A stretch of DNA of 64,000 nt, taken from assembly GCA_964441025.1 (NCBI GenBank), contig CAYTXG010000010.1:3301-67300 (forward strand). Direction: 5' to 3'. Below the pieces are notes generated by a model, which made no database searches, was not told where the DNA came from, and saw only the letters and a list, made by a program, of their open reading frames with translations. Position numbers and translations under genes: made by a program. This DNA is from an uncultured Syntrophomonadaceae bacterium (lineage in GTDB: Bacteria > Bacillota > Dethiobacteria > DTU022). Of the stretch, positions 61,323 to 64,000 are shown in pieces; the stretch's first letter is position 1, and the number at the start of each line of letters is the position of its first letter.

Positions 61323-62139
61323 TGCTTGTCACTCTCCCCTTAGCTCCATAAACAAGCTTTGTTTTTGTATAAAGGTGTAGAGAGTAATTATGCTATGGTT
61401 GCTGTTCTTTGAACGGTGTGTGTTCTAGGGCGACAGTAATACCATTAGACAAATTAGGAATGAATTCCTTCTATTTCTCGGTAGTTCCGTGAAAATTTAC
61501 GCATCTTGCCTGCCAAGGATGTGATCATGAGTAGTTTCGATAATTACTGCGGCTATTTGTGCAGTGCTATCAGAACCAGCTTAGCCTGAAGTGGAAAAGG
61601 GTGCAGGTCCGGTTGGAGGTGTCGGGTGAGGGCGTCTCCGGTTTTTTGTTTAAGGGCTTAGGCTTGGGTTAGTCATGGGGTAATAGTCTGGGGAGTTGCG
61701 GATTCCTTCCGGCTGATGACATAGAATTAGGGGAACACATAGGGAATAAAGGAAGGGAGTCCCCATTCTCCTAAACAAAGAAATAGAACAATATAATCAG
61801 AATAAATCTTGCCTGGCCCTTATCAATATGTCAAATGCACAGAATTAATAAATAAGTAACAACCCAAGGAGTTGATATACCTACAGACCGCTGCCTAATA
61901 CCTTGGTGTAACAGGCTTTTTCTTGAAGATGCTAACACCGCTCCCATGGCATAAAAGATAATGTAACCGCCGCTTTTGTTGCGTACCTTTTTTGGGCTAA
62001 AATAAACCTAAAGCTGTCGCATGGGGGGACGCCCCCAGGTGGTGGCTGCAATCTGCTGGGTCGGCGTGTGCTACGGACTGTTCCTTTGTGCAATGTTCGT
62101 ACAGGCCTAGAAAAAGAAGAGGCCTGGCTGGACTCTGAA

Positions 62140-62274
62140 CGCTTCCGCACCCTGCTCTACGTGGCCATGACCCGCGCCGCGGAGAACCTCTTCCTGATCA
62201 CTACCACCGGTAAAGAGTCGCCTTTCATCGGAGAGATTGCCGGCTTCGTTGACCGCGAAGAGTATTGCGGACCG
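62140..62274 (+). repeat. Right copy of 135-bp direct repeat (duplicate helicase 3' end, still an in-frame ORF tail)
   Basis: 132/135 identity to 57738-57872. It encodes ...ERFRTLLYVAMTRAAENLFLITTTGKESPFIGEIAGFVDREEYCGP. Confidence 0.9.
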
Positions 62275-62550
62275 TTAAATGTGGTGTAAGGGATGTTTGT
62301 TTATAATTGGGCTTTTCAAAATTATTCTTTGTGAAAGCGACACACTTGTGTCACCGTGGTTTGTTATAATTATACAGGTTACACTTGGAATCGCCCTGTT
62401 GCCGGGCAAACAAAACAGGGGACGAAGGGACAGGGGCAAGTGAGCAGGCTATCAGAGGTATATTCCCCAGCCATTGAATATAGTTATCGGAAGGTTTGTT
62501 CATAATGACAGGAGAACAGGATGTCTGTCCTATGTACGAAGGGGTGCAAG

Positions 62551-63132
62551 ATGAAAATCATCACCTTGCCGCATAGACATACCAATGCCTTTTTAGTCAA
62601 GGGTGATTCCTGGCTGATGGTGGATGCCGGGTATCCTGAATCGTACCCTGCTTTCAAAACACATATGAAACAGCAAGGTGTTGATTGGTCCGATATATTT
62701 GCTCTGATGGTGACCCATTTTCATCCCGATCACGCCGGGTTGGTCCAGATCATTCGCGAGCATAATATCCCCCTGCTATTACATGAATCACAGGAAGGCT
62801 ACATTGACTGGATCAACAGCTTTTTTGAAAAGCATATCCACAAAAAATATGTTCCCACTAAACAGGAAGGTATCCGTTATATGAATTCTGGGGAAAGCAG
62901 GAGCTGCCTTAATGAACATGGATTAAAAGGTGAGATAGTCCCCACGCCCGGCCATTCCGAGGACAACGTGAGCTTGGTTATTGACGGCGACTGCGCTTTC
63001 GTTGGGGATTTGCAAAATTATCATATATTAAAAGAAGCGGCGCTGCCCATTGAAAGCAGAAGTTGGGACAATATCCTTTCCTTTGGCATAAAAATAGTCT
63101 ATCCCACACACGGCAACCCCTATCATGTTTAG
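62551..63132 (+). CDS. MBL-fold metallo-hydrolase (metallo-beta-lactamase superfamily)
   Basis: HFHPDHAG motif. ATG 62551 follows AAGGGGTG. Lower GC than the core genome. Confidence 0.7.
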   Translation: MKIITLPHRHTNAFLVKGDSWLMVDAGYPESYPAFKTHMKQQGVDWSDIFALMVTHFHPDHAGLVQIIREHNIPLLLHESQEGYIDWINSFFEKHIHKKYVPTKQEGIRYMNSGESRSCLNEHGLKGEIVPTPGHSEDNVSLVIDGDCAFVGDLQNYHILKEAALPIESRSWDNILSFGIKIVYPTHGNPYHV

Positions 63133-63502
63133 GAAGTTTGCTGCTACCAAAACCGGAAAAGGAATTTCCCGCGAACGAGCGGCATCCGCAGAACCAATAA
63201 GAGCATGGCGCCCTATCCAGCCGGGTTCGAATAGCTTCCCAAAATAGTTCCATTCTGGGGAGCCCGGCTGCATTCATGGATCAAGCCGATGAACATAGCT
63301 GAGTAATCTGAAAATTACAAGGGAATCACTGTCTCACTGTCGAAAGGTATTATCTACTTCCGCAAAAGAGGGTGTCTCATTGGCCAGATTTTACGGGATA
63401 GACGGTGATTTTGATGCAAGGGCGAACACCTTCGCCAACGCGTTGAAGGACCATCTGGATGAACGGTAAACCCTAAAAAGGTGGGTAAGGGGGAATCTTT
63501 TT

Positions 63503-64000
63503 ATGGAAAAGATAATTGACCTGATCCATTCCGGTTATCTATCTGATTGGAATCGGCGCAGTCAAGATGCCTTTGATGAACTATTTGGTTCTGCTGCAGG
63601 AAGATATCCAGAAAGGGCCAGGCAATCAATAACTCTGAGGGCACCTGAGTTCCGATCTGGCTCAGGTGGCGTCCCCTTTGCGGCATTGATTGATCCTTCT
63701 AATCCTGATTCGGGCGCATTTGGCGGCATGAGTTTTGTCATTTTCCCCATGGAAAGCCGACCGGCTTTACTAGGCATGGTTATCGGCACCCAGGGGCTTA
63801 GCCCTGATGAAGAGGTTCTTGCGCGTCCAGGCCATGGCCGCAAGGTGGTCGCCATCTGCAACTGGCTCAACAAACAACATGGCCAGGGGAAAATGGTGGC
63901 CTGGGCCAAGCAGGATCCAGCCCGCATTGATCTAGATATGCCTGGGAATATCAAGACCCTTTTTGCCGATTATCAGCCCATTTTTAATCGGTACGGCAGA
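63503..64000 (+). CDS. Hypothetical protein, 3'-truncated by window end
   Basis: The open frame runs from ATG 63503 to the window end (at least 166 aa) and is preceded by AAGGTGGGTAAGGGGGAA. No confident family assignment; moderate GC. Confidence 0.45.
   Translation, partial: MEKIIDLIHSGYLSDWNRRSQDAFDELFGSAAGRYPERARQSITLRAPEFRSGSGGVPFAALIDPSNPDSGAFGGMSFVIFPMESRPALLGMVIGTQGLSPDEEVLARPGHGRKVVAICNWLNKQHGQGKMVAWAKQDPARIDLDMPGNIKTLFADYQPIFNRYGR

Noticed and set aside
62068-62289. 73-aa ORF as an independent gene
   Set aside because: It is the duplicated 3' tail of the helicase gene (the right direct repeat) and has no start context of its own. It is treated as a repeat or gene remnant.

Overview
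The window reads as a high-GC (~60%) Firmicute/Clostridia-like chromosome segment, almost entirely coding. Recognisable content, in order: an M16 peptidase pair; a fused class-III aminotransferase + acyl-ACP-reductase-like protein; an IS200-like Y1 transposase of the RAYT type flanked by inverted REPs; a lipoprotein and an M23 peptidase; a MATE efflux pump and MarR regulator; an ABC-2 transporter with a HisKA_3 kinase and LuxR regulator; a serpin lipoprotein; MscL; a class II (B12-dependent) ribonucleotide reductase; a 1447-aa LPXTG surface protein; a fatty acyl-CoA ligase; alanine dehydrogenase; an M20 peptidase with two polytopic membrane proteins; a complete eight-gene aromatic amino acid (shikimate) operon; an ECF sigma/anti-sigma pair; a corrinoid methyltransferase module; PadR with a DUF2812 partner; yhaO/yhaN (SbcCD-like); an EndoQ-like PHP protein; and a tungsten-type aldehyde:ferredoxin oxidoreductase with two MoaD-like proteins. 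A 29-bp palindromic REP-like element (TGAGTCAAGGGGACGGTGACTTTGACTCA) occurs at least 12 times, often overlapping stop codons, and one pair flanks the Y1 transposase. The most unusual region is the 3' end (~55.7-64 kb). A RelE-domain-UvrD-like helicase fusion is followed by a low-GC insertion bounded by a 135-bp direct duplication of the helicase 3' end. The insertion carries a frameshifted ~1075-aa protein with a P-loop ATPase core and a C-terminal phosphoribosyltransferase-like domain. I read this as a candidate undescribed defence or abortive-infection module.
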